A stretch of DNA of 64,000 nt from Candidatus Dormiibacterota bacterium (GCA_963718525.1 OY970355.1:2496001-2560000); one strand, 5' to 3'; positions 1 to 9,151 are shown, counted from the first letter of the stretch. Numbers and translations: made by a program. The notes: generated from the letters alone by a model not told the origin.

Positions 1-504
1 CGTCGCCGTGGAGACAACGACGCCATCTGCATCGAACGCTCCCAGCAGGTCGTCGAGGACATCCACGCGAAGGCGCACGACGTTGACGTCCCGGGCCCGA
101 ACCACGATCTCGTTGATGGCGAGCACCGGCGAGTCGGAGCCGTCGAGCGAGATCTCGAGCAGCGCGCGGCGCTGCGTGGTGTATTCGCCCGCGGCGAAGC
201 GGCTGATCGCCCGGGGCAGCGCGTCGATCTCGACGTCGTTGAGGAATCCGAGCCGGCCGCGATTCACGCCCACGACCGGGATACCTCTGGGAGCGGCCAG
301 CCGCGCGCCGTAGAGGAAGGTTCCGTCGCCTCCGAGGGTGACCAGGAGCGCGGTGCCCGAGCCGTGCTCGTCCATCGCAGCTTCGGGGTCGTCGAGTGCC
401 GTCCACGCGGTGTACCCGCATGCCTGCGCACGCGCGATCGCCGACTGCACCGCAACCTGTTCGCCTGGATGCAGCAGGAATCCGATGCTCGTTTTGGCGC
501 TCAT
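1..504 (-). CDS. nadK: NAD(+) kinase, 5' part (runs off the left edge)
   Basis: Not in the ORF track; translated by hand from ATG 504: MSAKTSIGFLLHPG...LLVTLGGDGTFLYGAR...PVVGVNRGRLGFLND. Contains the GGDGT and GxLGFL motifs. ATGA overlap with the tlyA stop. Confidence 0.93.
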   Translation of the reverse strand, partial: MSAKTSIGFLLHPGEQVAVQSAIARAQACGYTAWTALDDPEAAMDEHGSGTALLVTLGGDGTFLYGARLAAPRGIPVVGVNRGRLGFLNDVEIDALPRAISRFAAGEYTTQRRALLEISLDGSDSPVLAINEIVVRARDVNVVRLRVDVLDDLLGAFDADGVVVSTAT

Positions 505-1289
505 GGCTCAGCCACCGCCGGCGAATCCCTCCGGTTGAGCCGAGCTCCGACGAGCCATTCGCGGTTGCCCTTTGCCCCGCGCACCGGCGACGGGATCAGG
601 CCCTGGGCGACCGCACCGTAACTGGACTCGAGCCACGCGGCGAAGTCGCCGGCGGCGCGCTCGGCGGCGACTTCGTCGCGCACGATGCCACCCTTGCCGA
701 GCGCGTCGCGGCCCATCTCGAACTGCGGCTTGAAGAGGGCGATGAGTTCCGCTCCGCCGGGGGCGACGAGTTGGGTCACGGCCGGCATCACCACGCGCAG
801 CGAGATGAACGACAGGTCGAGGGTGATGAGGTCGGGCGGCGCACCCGGGACTGCCGTCAACGAGCGCAGGTTGGTCCGATCCATCACACGCACGCGTGGA
901 TCGGTCGCAAGACGCGGATCGAGCTGGCCGCGGCCGACGTCGACGGCATAGATCAACGCGGCCCCGCGACTGAGCAGCACGTCCGTGAAGCCGCCCGTCG
1001 ACGCGCCGGCGTCCAGGCACACCCGGCCGGCGCACTCGATGCCGAATGCGTCGAGTGCCGGATCCAGCTTGAGTCCACCCCTGCTGGCCCAGGGATGATC
1101 GCGTCCAAGCAGCCGGACCGCTGCGGACGCGCTAACGCGCTGATCGGCGCTCGTCGCCCGAAGGCCATCGACCTCGACGAGACCTGCGGCGATCAGGGCC
1201 TGGGCGCGCTCGCGACTGGGTGCGAGTCCGCGCGTCACGAGCTCGAGGTCAACCCGCCGGACCTGGGACACCGCCGTCATGGCTCCCAT
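501..1289 (-). CDS. tlyA: TlyA-family rRNA (cytidine-2'-O)-methyltransferase
   Basis: S4 domain (RVDLELVTRGLAPSRERAQALI), SRGGLKL, LDAGASTGGFTD, LFKPQFE, GAKGNRE. Start may be ATG 1280. Confidence 0.95.
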   Translation of the reverse strand: MGAMTAVSQVRRVDLELVTRGLAPSRERAQALIAAGLVEVDGLRATSADQRVSASAAVRLLGRDHPWASRGGLKLDPALDAFGIECAGRVCLDAGASTGGFTDVLLSRGAALIYAVDVGRGQLDPRLATDPRVRVMDRTNLRSLTAVPGAPPDLITLDLSFISLRVVMPAVTQLVAPGGAELIALFKPQFEMGRDALGKGGIVRDEVAAERAAGDFAAWLESSYGAVAQGLIPSPVRGAKGNREWLVGARLNRRDSPAVAEP

Positions 1290-1318
1290 CTATACCACAT
1301 CTCTGTGTATTCGCGCCG

Positions 1319-1660
1319 TCAGAAGGGTACGTCATCCGGGTCGATTCGGGGAAGTGTCGCGCGGACTCGCGGGGCGGCAACCGGTGCTGCGCCTCCCGCC
1401 GCCGGTGCAGCCGCGGCCTCGAGGGGCCGTTCGCCGAGTGCGCCACTGGCGCTGACCACAAGTTGATTCACGCGCTGCTCGGTGCGTTCGAGGAGTTGAG
1501 CACAGTGACGTGCGAGCACCACCCCGCGCTCGTACGCCCCGATCGCCTCCTCGAGCGGGATGCTTCCACCCTCGAGCTTCGCGATCACCGTGTCGAGCTC
1601 GGCCAGCGCCGCCTCGTAGGTCAATGCCGTGATCCCGTCCTCCGCCGAATTGACTGTCAT
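1319..1660 (-). CDS. xseB: Exodeoxyribonuclease VII small subunit with extended C-terminal tail ending DPDDVPF
   Basis: YEAALAELDTVIAKLEGGSIPLEEAIGAYERGVVLARHC...E core; overlaps the xseA stop. Confidence 0.95.
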   Translation of the reverse strand: MTVNSAEDGITALTYEAALAELDTVIAKLEGGSIPLEEAIGAYERGVVLARHCAQLLERTEQRVNQLVVSASGALGERPLEAAAAPAAGGAAPVAAPRVRATLPRIDPDDVPF

Positions 1661-2982
1661 TCGTCGCTCGACTCCGGTGCGGAATCGTACATCTGTTCGA
1701 CGGCGCGCGGCGAGTCCGGCTCGACCCGATCCACGGTGCTCTCCAGCGTGCCGCGCTGCAGGACGGTCCGCAGGCGCGCTCCCAGCGGCACCGTCGCCGC
1801 GTCGGTCAGGACGCGACCGTCGGCGTCCGAGGTGATCGAATACCCGCGCTCGAGGGTCCGCCTCGGAGACAGTGCCAGAAGCCGGGCGGAGCGGGTGGTC
1901 AGCGCGGCGCGGCGGGCCACCGTGACACGCGACGTTGTCTCGCGGAGCCGCTCCGCTGCTCGATGGAGGCGGAGCCGCTCGATCTCGACACGGCGCGACG
2001 GGTGAGCGACGGCGAAGCGAGACACCTGCTGATCGAGCTCTCGGCGCTTCAATGACGTCTCCTGCATCAACGCCTGACGCAGCCGGAGCGACGAAATCCG
2101 CACCCGATCACGGCGCACGCTCATCAGTCCGACGATGGCGAGCCCGAGACGCGCATGGCGGGCGGCGACGTCGTCGCGGAGCACTGCGACGTTCGGTGCG
2201 ACCAACTCCGCGGCAGCTGACGGCGTCGCTGCGCGGCGGTCGGCCGCGAGGTCGGCAACGGTTGTGTCGGTCTCGTGTCCCACGCCGCTGACCACCGGAA
2301 GCCGGGTCGTCCGGATCGCGCGCGCGAGCGGTTCACTGTTGAATGCGATCAGGTCCTCGAGCGATCCCCCGCCGCGGACGAGCAGGATCACGTCTGCGTC
2401 GCGCACCTGATCCGCGCGCTGGAGTGCGCGGATCAGCGTCTCCACGGCTCCTTCGCCCTGCACCGTGGCCGGCGACAGCACGACGCCGATGCACGGCGCA
2501 CGGCGTGCGATCACCGTGACCACATCGCGCAGGGCTGCGCCGTTGCGTGACGTGACCACAACGACCCGGCGAGGTAGCAGCGGCAGCGGTCGCTTGCGGC
2601 GCTCATCGAAAAGCCCTTCCGCGCTGAGGCGTTGCTTGAGCTGCTCGACGCCCAGCGCCAGCGCTCCGACGCCGCTGGGTTCGAGGCGGTCGACGTAGAG
2701 CTGATAGCGCCCCTGCTGCTCGTAGACCTGCACGGCACCATGCGCGACAATGGCCATGCCATCCTCGGGCCGGAACGGGATCTGCAGTGCGTTGGCTCGA
2801 AAGCACACGCACGATACCGACGCACGAGCGTCCTTGAGCGTGAAGTAGAGATGTCCTGACACGTGCGCCTTGAGGTTGCTCACCTCACCCTCGACGAGCA
2901 GGTCCTCCAGCTCCGGGCGAGCCGCGAGCGTGTCGCGCACCAGCACCGTCAGGTCGCTGACCGTGCAAACCGTTGCGGTCAC
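1657..2982 (-). CDS. xseA: Exodeoxyribonuclease VII large subunit
   Basis: OB fold (GEVSN..SGHLYFTLKD), RGGGSLEDL, GVGHETD, TPSAAAE, TLERGYS. Confidence 0.97.
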   Translation of the reverse strand: MTATVCTVSDLTVLVRDTLAARPELEDLLVEGEVSNLKAHVSGHLYFTLKDARASVSCVCFRANALQIPFRPEDGMAIVAHGAVQVYEQQGRYQLYVDRLEPSGVGALALGVEQLKQRLSAEGLFDERRKRPLPLLPRRVVVVTSRNGAALRDVVTVIARRAPCIGVVLSPATVQGEGAVETLIRALQRADQVRDADVILLVRGGGSLEDLIAFNSEPLARAIRTTRLPVVSGVGHETDTTVADLAADRRAATPSAAAELVAPNVAVLRDDVAARHARLGLAIVGLMSVRRDRVRISSLRLRQALMQETSLKRRELDQQVSRFAVAHPSRRVEIERLRLHRAAERLRETTSRVTVARRAALTTRSARLLALSPRRTLERGYSITSDADGRVLTDAATVPLGARLRTVLQRGTLESTVDRVEPDSPRAVEQMYDSAPESSDE

Positions 2983-3404
2983 AGGCGTTCTCGCGCGACA
3001 TGACCGAGGACGCCGTTGACGAATTGTGCCGCCTCATCGCCGGCGTATGCGCGTGCCAGCTCAATGGATTCATCGATCACCACTGCGACGGGCGTCGGCT
3101 CCATGTACAGCAACTCGAAGGCACCGAGACGCAGCACCGCTCGCTCGACCTTGCCGAGGTCGACGAGTGACCAGTGCTCCATCGCGTCCGACAGCGCCGC
3201 ATCGATCGCGTCGAGATGGTCGACACAACCGACGACGATCGTCCGCGCGAACGCGCGGACATCGGCTGTGGCGCGCAGGTCTTCGCCCTGATACCGCAGG
3301 GCGAAGTCGGGATCCTTCACAGTGCCCTCGATCTCGAACAGGACGCGGAGGGCCAGCTCACGACCACGACGCCGGCGCCCCGTGCCGGAGACGGCAGGGG
3401 TCAC
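2979..3404 (-). CDS. nusB: Transcription antitermination factor NusB
   Basis: RRRGRELALRVLFE...ERAVLRLG...VVIDESIELARAY...FVNGVL. Start placed at GTG 3404, overlapping the upstream stop; the ORF-track N-extension is spurious. Confidence 0.95.
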   Translation of the reverse strand: MTPAVSGTGRRRRGRELALRVLFEIEGTVKDPDFALRYQGEDLRATADVRAFARTIVVGCVDHLDAIDAALSDAMEHWSLVDLGKVERAVLRLGAFELLYMEPTPVAVVIDESIELARAYAGDEAAQFVNGVLGHVARERL

Positions 3405-3790
3405 GCGAATGCGACCTCGCTGACGAAGACGTTGACCTCCTCGACTCGCAACGCGAGCATGCGCTCGATGGCGTCTGCAACGCGCCGCTGCACCTCGGCG
3501 CCCACGACAGGGACGTTGCCCCCCAACTCCATCACCACGTAGAGGCTCAGGTGCAGGGCTTCGTCGCGCATCTCCACGCGCACGCCTCGATGGGCGTGCG
3601 AGCGGCGGACGATGCGATCGAACTGCTGGCCTCCAGGGTGGTACATCGCGTGGATCCCCGCGACCTGGAGGGCCGCGAACGCCGCGATGGACGCCACCAC
3701 CTCGTTGGCGACACGTGTGGTGCCGAGCTGGCGCCGGCCACTCATCGTCGGGCGCAGCTGGAGGCGATCGGGCTCGTGGACCTCGGTCAC
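3401..3790 (-). CDS. Asp23/Gls24-family (YqhY-like) protein
   Basis: G.TRVANEVVASIAAFAALQVAGI...GVRV...VQRRVADAIERMLAL.VEEVNVFV; usual efp-asp23-nusB context. Confidence 0.9.
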   Translation of the reverse strand: MTEVHEPDRLQLRPTMSGRRQLGTTRVANEVVASIAAFAALQVAGIHAMYHPGGQQFDRIVRRSHAHRGVRVEMRDEALHLSLYVVMELGGNVPVVGAEVQRRVADAIERMLALRVEEVNVFVSEVAFA

Positions 3791-4344
3791 GCTCGCTCCA
3801 CGTAGCGGCCGGTGCGCGTGTCGACCCGGATCTGATCGCCCTGGTTGACGAACAGGGGCACGTCCACTGCCAGACCGGTTTCCACGACCGCTGGCTTGAA
3901 TGATGCGTTGGCGGTGTCACCCTTGAAACCCGGCTCGCTCTCGGTCACCTCGAGCACGACCGACGTCGGCAGGTCGACCCCGAGGACGCGATCGTCGAAA
4001 CGCAAGAGGAACAGGTTGTCGTTCTCCTTGAGATAGTCGGTCGCGCTGCCCAGTTGCTCCGGGCTGAGCGTGATCTGGTCGAAGGTCGTGTTGTCCATCA
4101 CGACGTAATTGTCACCGTCCTTGTAGAGCAGCTGAGCCTCGGTGCGCTCGATGCGCACCCGGCCGAACTTCTCCTCGGGCCGGAACGTCTCGTCGGTGAC
4201 AGCGCCGGTCGTGACGTTGCGCAATTTGGCACGGATGACCGCCGTGCCGCGACCCTGCTTCATGTGCGAAAAATCGATGACCTCGAAGAGGTCGCCGTCG
4301 CGCTCGACGGTGGCGCCCGGGCGCAGGTCTGAGGCGGTGATCAT
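3787..4344 (-). CDS. efp: Elongation factor P (Arg32-type loop KQGRGT)
   Basis: DLRPG start, PGFKGDTA, KPAVVETG..V.VPLFV..GD.I.VDTRTG.Y..RA. Confidence 0.97.
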   Translation of the reverse strand: MITASDLRPGATVERDGDLFEVIDFSHMKQGRGTAVIRAKLRNVTTGAVTDETFRPEEKFGRVRIERTEAQLLYKDGDNYVVMDNTTFDQITLSPEQLGSATDYLKENDNLFLLRFDDRVLGVDLPTSVVLEVTESEPGFKGDTANASFKPAVVETGLAVDVPLFVNQGDQIRVDTRTGRYVERA

Positions 4345-4802
4345 GCAGTGCTCCCAAGTGTGGAACGGTCCTCGAGCAGCTTAGCCAGTCCCTCAACTGC
4401 GAGGACGTAGCCCTGTAACCCGAGGCCGGTGATGACCGCCACCGCTGCCTCGGCGGAGAGCGAGATGCGCCGAAAGGACTTTCGAGCCAGGATGTTCGAG
4501 AGGTGGACCTCGATGACCGGAGCGGCAAAGCCGCGGAGGGCATCGGCCAGGACCACGCTCGTGTGAGTCAATCCGCCCGGATTGATGATGCAACCATCAC
4601 TGTGCCCGCGCTCGGCCTCGAGGATGTCCACCATGGCACCCTCGTGGTTGGACTGTTCGCAGCGAACCGCGAGGCCGAGGGCGGCGGCTCGGACGGTGAC
4701 CGCCGCCTCGATCTCGGCCAGGGTGACGGTGCCGTAGACGTCCGGCTCTCGATCGCCCAGGCTGGCGAGATTAGGTCCGTTCAGGAGCAGTATCGAGGTC
4801 AT
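4341..4802 (-). CDS. aroQ: Type II 3-dehydroquinate dehydratase
   Basis: LNGPNL..LGDREPDVYG, QSNHEG, INPGGLTHTS, IEVHLSNI.AR..FR. Confidence 0.97.
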   Translation of the reverse strand: MTSILLLNGPNLASLGDREPDVYGTVTLAEIEAAVTVRAAALGLAVRCEQSNHEGAMVDILEAERGHSDGCIINPGGLTHTSVVLADALRGFAAPVIEVHLSNILARKSFRRISLSAEAAVAVITGLGLQGYVLAVEGLAKLLEDRSTLGSTA

Positions 4803-6379
4803 CGAGCCCGCACTGCTTCGAGCGCTTCGAGCACCTCAGCATCGGGAACGACCTGACCTGGGCGCGCGTGACCCTTGGCGTCGATAAGCACCCATCCAAG
4901 ACGATCGGCGGTTGTCTTCTTGTCCGCGCGCATGAAGCTCAGCACTCGCTGGGTGTCAAACGCGAGCGTCATGGGGAGCCCGCACCGGACGATCATCTCA
5001 TCCTGCCAGTCGATGTCTCCGGCCGGGCAGCCCAGCTTGCGAATGCTCAGCCTCCCGGCGACACGCATTCCCACGGCCACAGCCTCGCCGTGGAGCAGCG
5101 TTTCCCCAAGTCCGGCCGCCGCCTCGAACGCGTGGCCGGCCGTGTGTCCGTAGTTCAGGACCGCGCGACCACCGGCCTCGCGCTCGTCGCCCGAAACGAT
5201 GTCGGCCTTGATGCCGCAGCATTCGCGGACGGTTGCCGTCAGGGCATCGCGGTCACGCTTCATGAGGGTTTCGAGCCTGGAATCGAGATCGCGCGCGAGC
5301 GGCGTCCCGGTGATCATCGAGTACTTCACGATCTCCGCAAATGCCGAACGAAACGAGCGGTCGTCCTGCGTTGCGAGGACGTCCGGGTCGCAGATCACCG
5401 CGCGCGGTTGCCAGATCGCCCCTGCGAGATTCTTTCCGTGGGCGAGGTTGACGCCCGTCTTGCCCCCGATGGCGCTGTCGACCATCGCCAGCAGCGTTGT
5501 GGGGACGTTCACCCACGCGATCCCGCGAAGGTAGACAGCGGCGACGAATCCGGCGAGATCTCCCACCGTGCCGCCGCCGAGCGCCACGACACAGTCGTTG
5601 CGTTGCAGCCCAGCGGCTCCGAGCCGCTCGAGCATCTCGCCCGCGGCCGCCCACGTCTTGAGCGACTCCCCGCCGGTCAGCTCGAGCACGGTGGTGGCGA
5701 CGCCGGCGCTTCGCAATGATGCGACGAGCCTCTCGGCGACAGATGACACGGCCTGATCCGCGATCAGAGCCACCCGCGTCGCACCTCCCGGGACGTGGAG
5801 CACGACGTCGTCGAGGGCTCCGGGGCGAACTTCGATGTGGTAGCCGCGTTCTGCGAGGTTGACCCGGACGGTGCCTTCAAGCGCGGACAACACACGACTC
5901 GCCACGGCCGCGGGAGTGTCGTCGGCGTTGATGCGCACGTGAGCCGACTGATGCGCTCGAGCCCGGCTGCTGCGCAGCATCGGAATCCCGGACGCGGCGT
6001 CGCCGCCGAGCATCGGTCGATCCGCGCCATCACCGAGACGCTGGAACAACACCGCGTCGGGAGCATCCAGCCATACCACCGTGCAGAGCTCGGTCAGGAG
6101 TCGCCTCGCAGCCGGCTGGGCGATCAAGCCGCCACCGCAGGCGATGACGAGCGGACCCGGGCGGCGCAGCGCGCTCTCCAGCGCGGCGAGCTCGAGGTCG
6201 CGAAAACGCGGCTCGCCGTCGTTCGCGATGATCTTGCCCGGGGGGTGCCCGGTGCTGGACGCGATCTCCTCATCGAGGTCGACGCTGCTCCATCCCAGCC
6301 GTTCCGCGATCAGCGGCGCGATCGTGGTCTTGCCCGTTCCGGAAAGACCCACGAGCGCGATGCGGCGAACGGCGGTCAC
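4799..6379 (-). CDS. aroKB: Bifunctional shikimate kinase / 3-dehydroquinate synthase (AroK-AroB fusion)
   Basis: N-terminal GLSGTGKT, GEPRFRDLE, ACGGG; C-terminal GGGTVGDLAGF, PTTLLAMVDSAIGGKTG, LNYGHTAGHAFE, HGEAV. Start GTG 6379 overlaps the aroC stop. Confidence 0.95.
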   Translation of the reverse strand: MTAVRRIALVGLSGTGKTTIAPLIAERLGWSSVDLDEEIASSTGHPPGKIIANDGEPRFRDLELAALESALRRPGPLVIACGGGLIAQPAARRLLTELCTVVWLDAPDAVLFQRLGDGADRPMLGGDAASGIPMLRSSRARAHQSAHVRINADDTPAAVASRVLSALEGTVRVNLAERGYHIEVRPGALDDVVLHVPGGATRVALIADQAVSSVAERLVASLRSAGVATTVLELTGGESLKTWAAAGEMLERLGAAGLQRNDCVVALGGGTVGDLAGFVAAVYLRGIAWVNVPTTLLAMVDSAIGGKTGVNLAHGKNLAGAIWQPRAVICDPDVLATQDDRSFRSAFAEIVKYSMITGTPLARDLDSRLETLMKRDRDALTATVRECCGIKADIVSGDEREAGGRAVLNYGHTAGHAFEAAAGLGETLLHGEAVAVGMRVAGRLSIRKLGCPAGDIDWQDEMIVRCGLPMTLAFDTQRVLSFMRADKKTTADRLGWVLIDAKGHARPGQVVPDAEVLEALEAVRAR

Positions 6380-7533
6380 CGAAGCCGGCCGGCAGAGCGA
6401 CGATGAGCGCGCACGGCGCGGATCGTGTCGGCGAGGTTGTCGCCACCGAATTTCTCCATCGTCGCGGCGGCGAGGACCCATGCCAGCATCGCTTCGGCGA
6501 CGACCGCGCCCGCCGGCACGATGCAGATGTCGCTGCGCTCGTAGTGGGCGTTGATCTCCACGCCGGTGGCGATGTCCACGCTCCGCAAGGGGTGCAGCAG
6601 CGTGGAGATCGGCTTGAAATGGACCAGCACCCAGACCGGCTCGCCGTCGGTCACACCACCGGCCAGGCCTCCCTGCCGGTTGGTCAGATGATGGAAACCA
6701 TGCTCCGCGTCCCAACGCGGCACGTCGTGTACGGCGGAGCCCGGCGACCGCGCCGCGAGGGTCGCGGCACCCAGCTCCACGCCTTTCACGGACGGGATGC
6801 TGCACATCGCCTGGGCGATGAGCCCGTCGAGCCGCCGGTCCCAGTGCACGTAACTGCCAAGTCCGACTGGAACGTTCGCGGCCGACACGTATGCGGTACC
6901 ACCCAACGTGTTGCCGTTCTCGCGCGCCGCGTCGATTGCTGCCACCATCCGGCTTGACGCATCCTCGTCAGCGCAGCGAACCGGGGAGCGTTCGACCACA
7001 TCCCACGCCACCTCGCCCTCGGGCGCGTCGACGTGGACGTCGCCGATCCGGATCACGCACGAGTGGACGTCGATGCCGATCGCGGCCACGAGCGCGCGGC
7101 CCACCGCGCCGGCAGCCACCCGGGCGGCCGTCTCACGCGCGCTGGCTCGCTCGAGAACGTCGCGGGCATCGGTGAACCCGTACTTCAACACGCCGGCAAG
7201 GTCGGCATGGCCGGGGCGCACGCGCGTCACCCGCTTCGATTTGAATCCGCGCGCCTCCACCTGCATCGGCCCCTTCCAGTTCTCCCAGTCACGGTTGGGG
7301 ATCACGAGGGTGATCGGAGATCCAAGCGTCTTGCCACCGCGCACGCCGCTGACGATCTGCGCTGCGTCGTGCTCGATCTGCTGACGCTTGCCACGCCCAT
7401 GGCCACCCTGACGGCGACGCAGATCGGGATCGATGTCACGGGTCGCGTCGAGGGGCAGGCCAGCGGGAACCCCCTCGACGATCACCGTGAGCTGGGGGCC
7501 GTGCGACTCGCCGGCGGTCAGAAATCGAAGCAT
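6376..7533 (-). CDS. aroC: Chorismate synthase
   Basis: MLRFLTAGESHG, RPGHAD, ERASARETAARVAAG, KPISTL, ERSD.C.VPA. Confidence 0.98.
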   Translation of the reverse strand: MLRFLTAGESHGPQLTVIVEGVPAGLPLDATRDIDPDLRRRQGGHGRGKRQQIEHDAAQIVSGVRGGKTLGSPITLVIPNRDWENWKGPMQVEARGFKSKRVTRVRPGHADLAGVLKYGFTDARDVLERASARETAARVAAGAVGRALVAAIGIDVHSCVIRIGDVHVDAPEGEVAWDVVERSPVRCADEDASSRMVAAIDAARENGNTLGGTAYVSAANVPVGLGSYVHWDRRLDGLIAQAMCSIPSVKGVELGAATLAARSPGSAVHDVPRWDAEHGFHHLTNRQGGLAGGVTDGEPVWVLVHFKPISTLLHPLRSVDIATGVEINAHYERSDICIVPAGAVVAEAMLAWVLAAATMEKFGGDNLADTIRAVRAHRRSAGRLR

Positions 7534-7639
7534 CTGCAAGCGATTGTATTGACGGAAGCCTCGCGCCCCGATTGCTCAATGGCGCGTCCGCAGCCGTTTG
7601 TCCGTGTCGGGTCCTGACGGGCGGCCAACAGTGGACGGG

Positions 7640-7822
7640 ATGCGAGACGCGCGGCGCGACCGACAAACCTCCCTCGAGCATCTGCGCATCGCCCGGCTTC
7701 TCGACGCCCATGGCGACGTGATTGCGGCCATCTGCGCATACCGCGAGGTCATGCGAGAGGGGCCGGAGACGGCAGCCGCCGAGGCCTTGCTGCGGATTGC
7801 CGCCCTGGCGCGACGCGCCTGA
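7640..7822 (+). CDS. Small hypothetical protein (60 aa), single TPR-like helical hairpin
   Basis: Fills the gap between aroC and the PH-domain gene. HLRIARLLDAHGDVIAAICAYREV resembles a TPR unit; GC-rich third codon positions. Confidence 0.55.
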   Translation: MRDARRDRQTSLEHLRIARLLDAHGDVIAAICAYREVMREGPETAAAEALLRIAALARRA

Positions 7823-7841
7823 ACGCGGACCGGAGTCCGGC

Positions 7842-8360
7842 TCAGAGACCTGCAGGTCGTATGGGGCCGCCCGCCGAGGGTGCGTTCATGGCGGCCAGCA
7901 TCTCGTTGTAGAAGGTCTCGGCCTTGGGGATGCGATGGAGCACCTCAACGCCATCTCGCCCGGCGGACTCGATCTCGATGTCGCCGGCGCCGATCAGACG
8001 GTCGCCGAGCGGACGGTGAATCACCGTGTTCTGAATTCGGTCGAGTGGAATCGTTTCCGCCGTCCTCGAAAGGACTCCACCCTCCATGACGATCCGTCTG
8101 TCGGTGAGCAGATACGTGGCGAATCGCCAGCGCAGGACGCGGATGCCTGCCCAGAGCGCCGCTCCGACGATGAGCACGAGCACGACGACGGTCTTCACGG
8201 TGGTGATCGTGACCGAGCCGATCGTCGCGGGAAGCTTGGCGTTGAGCACGATCGCGACGACGATGACGACGACGGCTCCGAGGACGTGGCCGGCCAGCAC
8301 GGACCAGTGCTGGCGCACGAGCGCGATCGGATGCTCCCCCGGCATCAGCTGCGTCGGCAT
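7842..8360 (-). CDS. Membrane-flanked bacterial PH-domain (bPH_2-like) protein
   Basis: L.PGE..I...RQHW, two TM helices, then Y.LTDRRI....GVL.R....IPLDRIQ...RL.G.GDI.IESAG; GAGGTG SD upstream. Confidence 0.88.
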   Translation of the reverse strand: MPTQLMPGEHPIALVRQHWSVLAGHVLGAVVVIVVAIVLNAKLPATIGSVTITTVKTVVVLVLIVGAALWAGIRVLRWRFATYLLTDRRIVMEGGVLSRTAETIPLDRIQNTVIHRPLGDRLIGAGDIEIESAGRDGVEVLHRIPKAETFYNEMLAAMNAPSAGGPIRPAGL

Positions 8361-8395
8361 GGCCTCACCTCATCGAACCCCTGGACTCATGCGGG

Positions 8396-9151
8396 TCACG
8401 GACTGAGGTACAGGATGAGCGCTGCGCCCGCACAGAGGAACGGACCATAGGGTATCGGGTCTTTGAGGCCGCGCACGCGTGTCACCAGCAGGACCAGCGC
8501 CGTCGCGCCACCGATGAACACACCGGCGATGACGGCGTAGACGGCCCCGAGATTCGCGCCCGTCGGCCCCGCGCCCGTCACAGCCCCCACGAGCGCACCG
8601 AGCTTCGCGTCACCCAGACCGATGCTCCCCCTCGACACCAGGTTCTGTACGAAGAAGAAGGCACCCACACCCACGGCGCCGATGATCGAGCTGGTGACCG
8701 TCAGATGTGGCGACCACGCTGTCAGCACCACGGCGGCCACGATGCTCGGATACGTGACGACGTTGAGGATCAGGCGGTGCTTGAGGTCGAAGTCCACCAC
8801 GTGCACGAAGATCGCGATCCAGAGCAGGTGGATGAGCAGGCCCGGACCGAAGGGCTCGTGCGCCGCGAAGGCGCCGAATCCGATTGCTCCGAGCGCGGGT
8901 GAGAGCCAGCGTTCCAGCCACGTCCAGCCATAACGCTCGCCCGCCCAGGGGCGCGCCGGCGTGGGCTCCTCGCCGGCAGCCGCAGCTCGGCTCAGCTCGT
9001 CCGCCATGTCGCGCTCATATTCCAGGCGCTCCTGGTGCTCCTCATCCTGGAGCTTTTCGAACTTCTCGAGCGCGACTGCGAGCCAGCCGCATCCCAGGCC
9101 GACAACACCGCCGGCGACCGTGAGGCCGGCGATGACCAGCGGCGGATTCAC
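8396..9151 (-). CDS. A24 prepilin peptidase (PilD/ComC-like), lacking the Cys/Zn methylase domain
   Basis: Catalytic Asp motifs VDFDLKHRLI and IGLGDAKL, C-terminal IPYGPFL, multiple TM helices. Confidence 0.9.
   Translation of the reverse strand: MNPPLVIAGLTVAGGVVGLGCGWLAVALEKFEKLQDEEHQERLEYERDMADELSRAAAAGEEPTPARPWAGERYGWTWLERWLSPALGAIGFGAFAAHEPFGPGLLIHLLWIAIFVHVVDFDLKHRLILNVVTYPSIVAAVVLTAWSPHLTVTSSIIGAVGVGAFFFVQNLVSRGSIGLGDAKLGALVGAVTGAGPTGANLGAVYAVIAGVFIGGATALVLLVTRVRGLKDPIPYGPFLCAGAALILYLSP

Noticed and set aside
4799-6379. AroK-AroB fusion, archaeal-type ProRS and short EF-Ts as novelties
   Set aside because: All are well-known variants in many bacteria.
4799-6805. Long N-terminal extensions in the ORF track (aroKB, nusB, aspS, proS, rseP, frr, hslV, trmD, rnc, acpP, fabG, coaD, comM)
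   Set aside because: They overlap upstream genes or intergenic DNA. True starts coincide with stop/start overlaps or the conserved N-termini.
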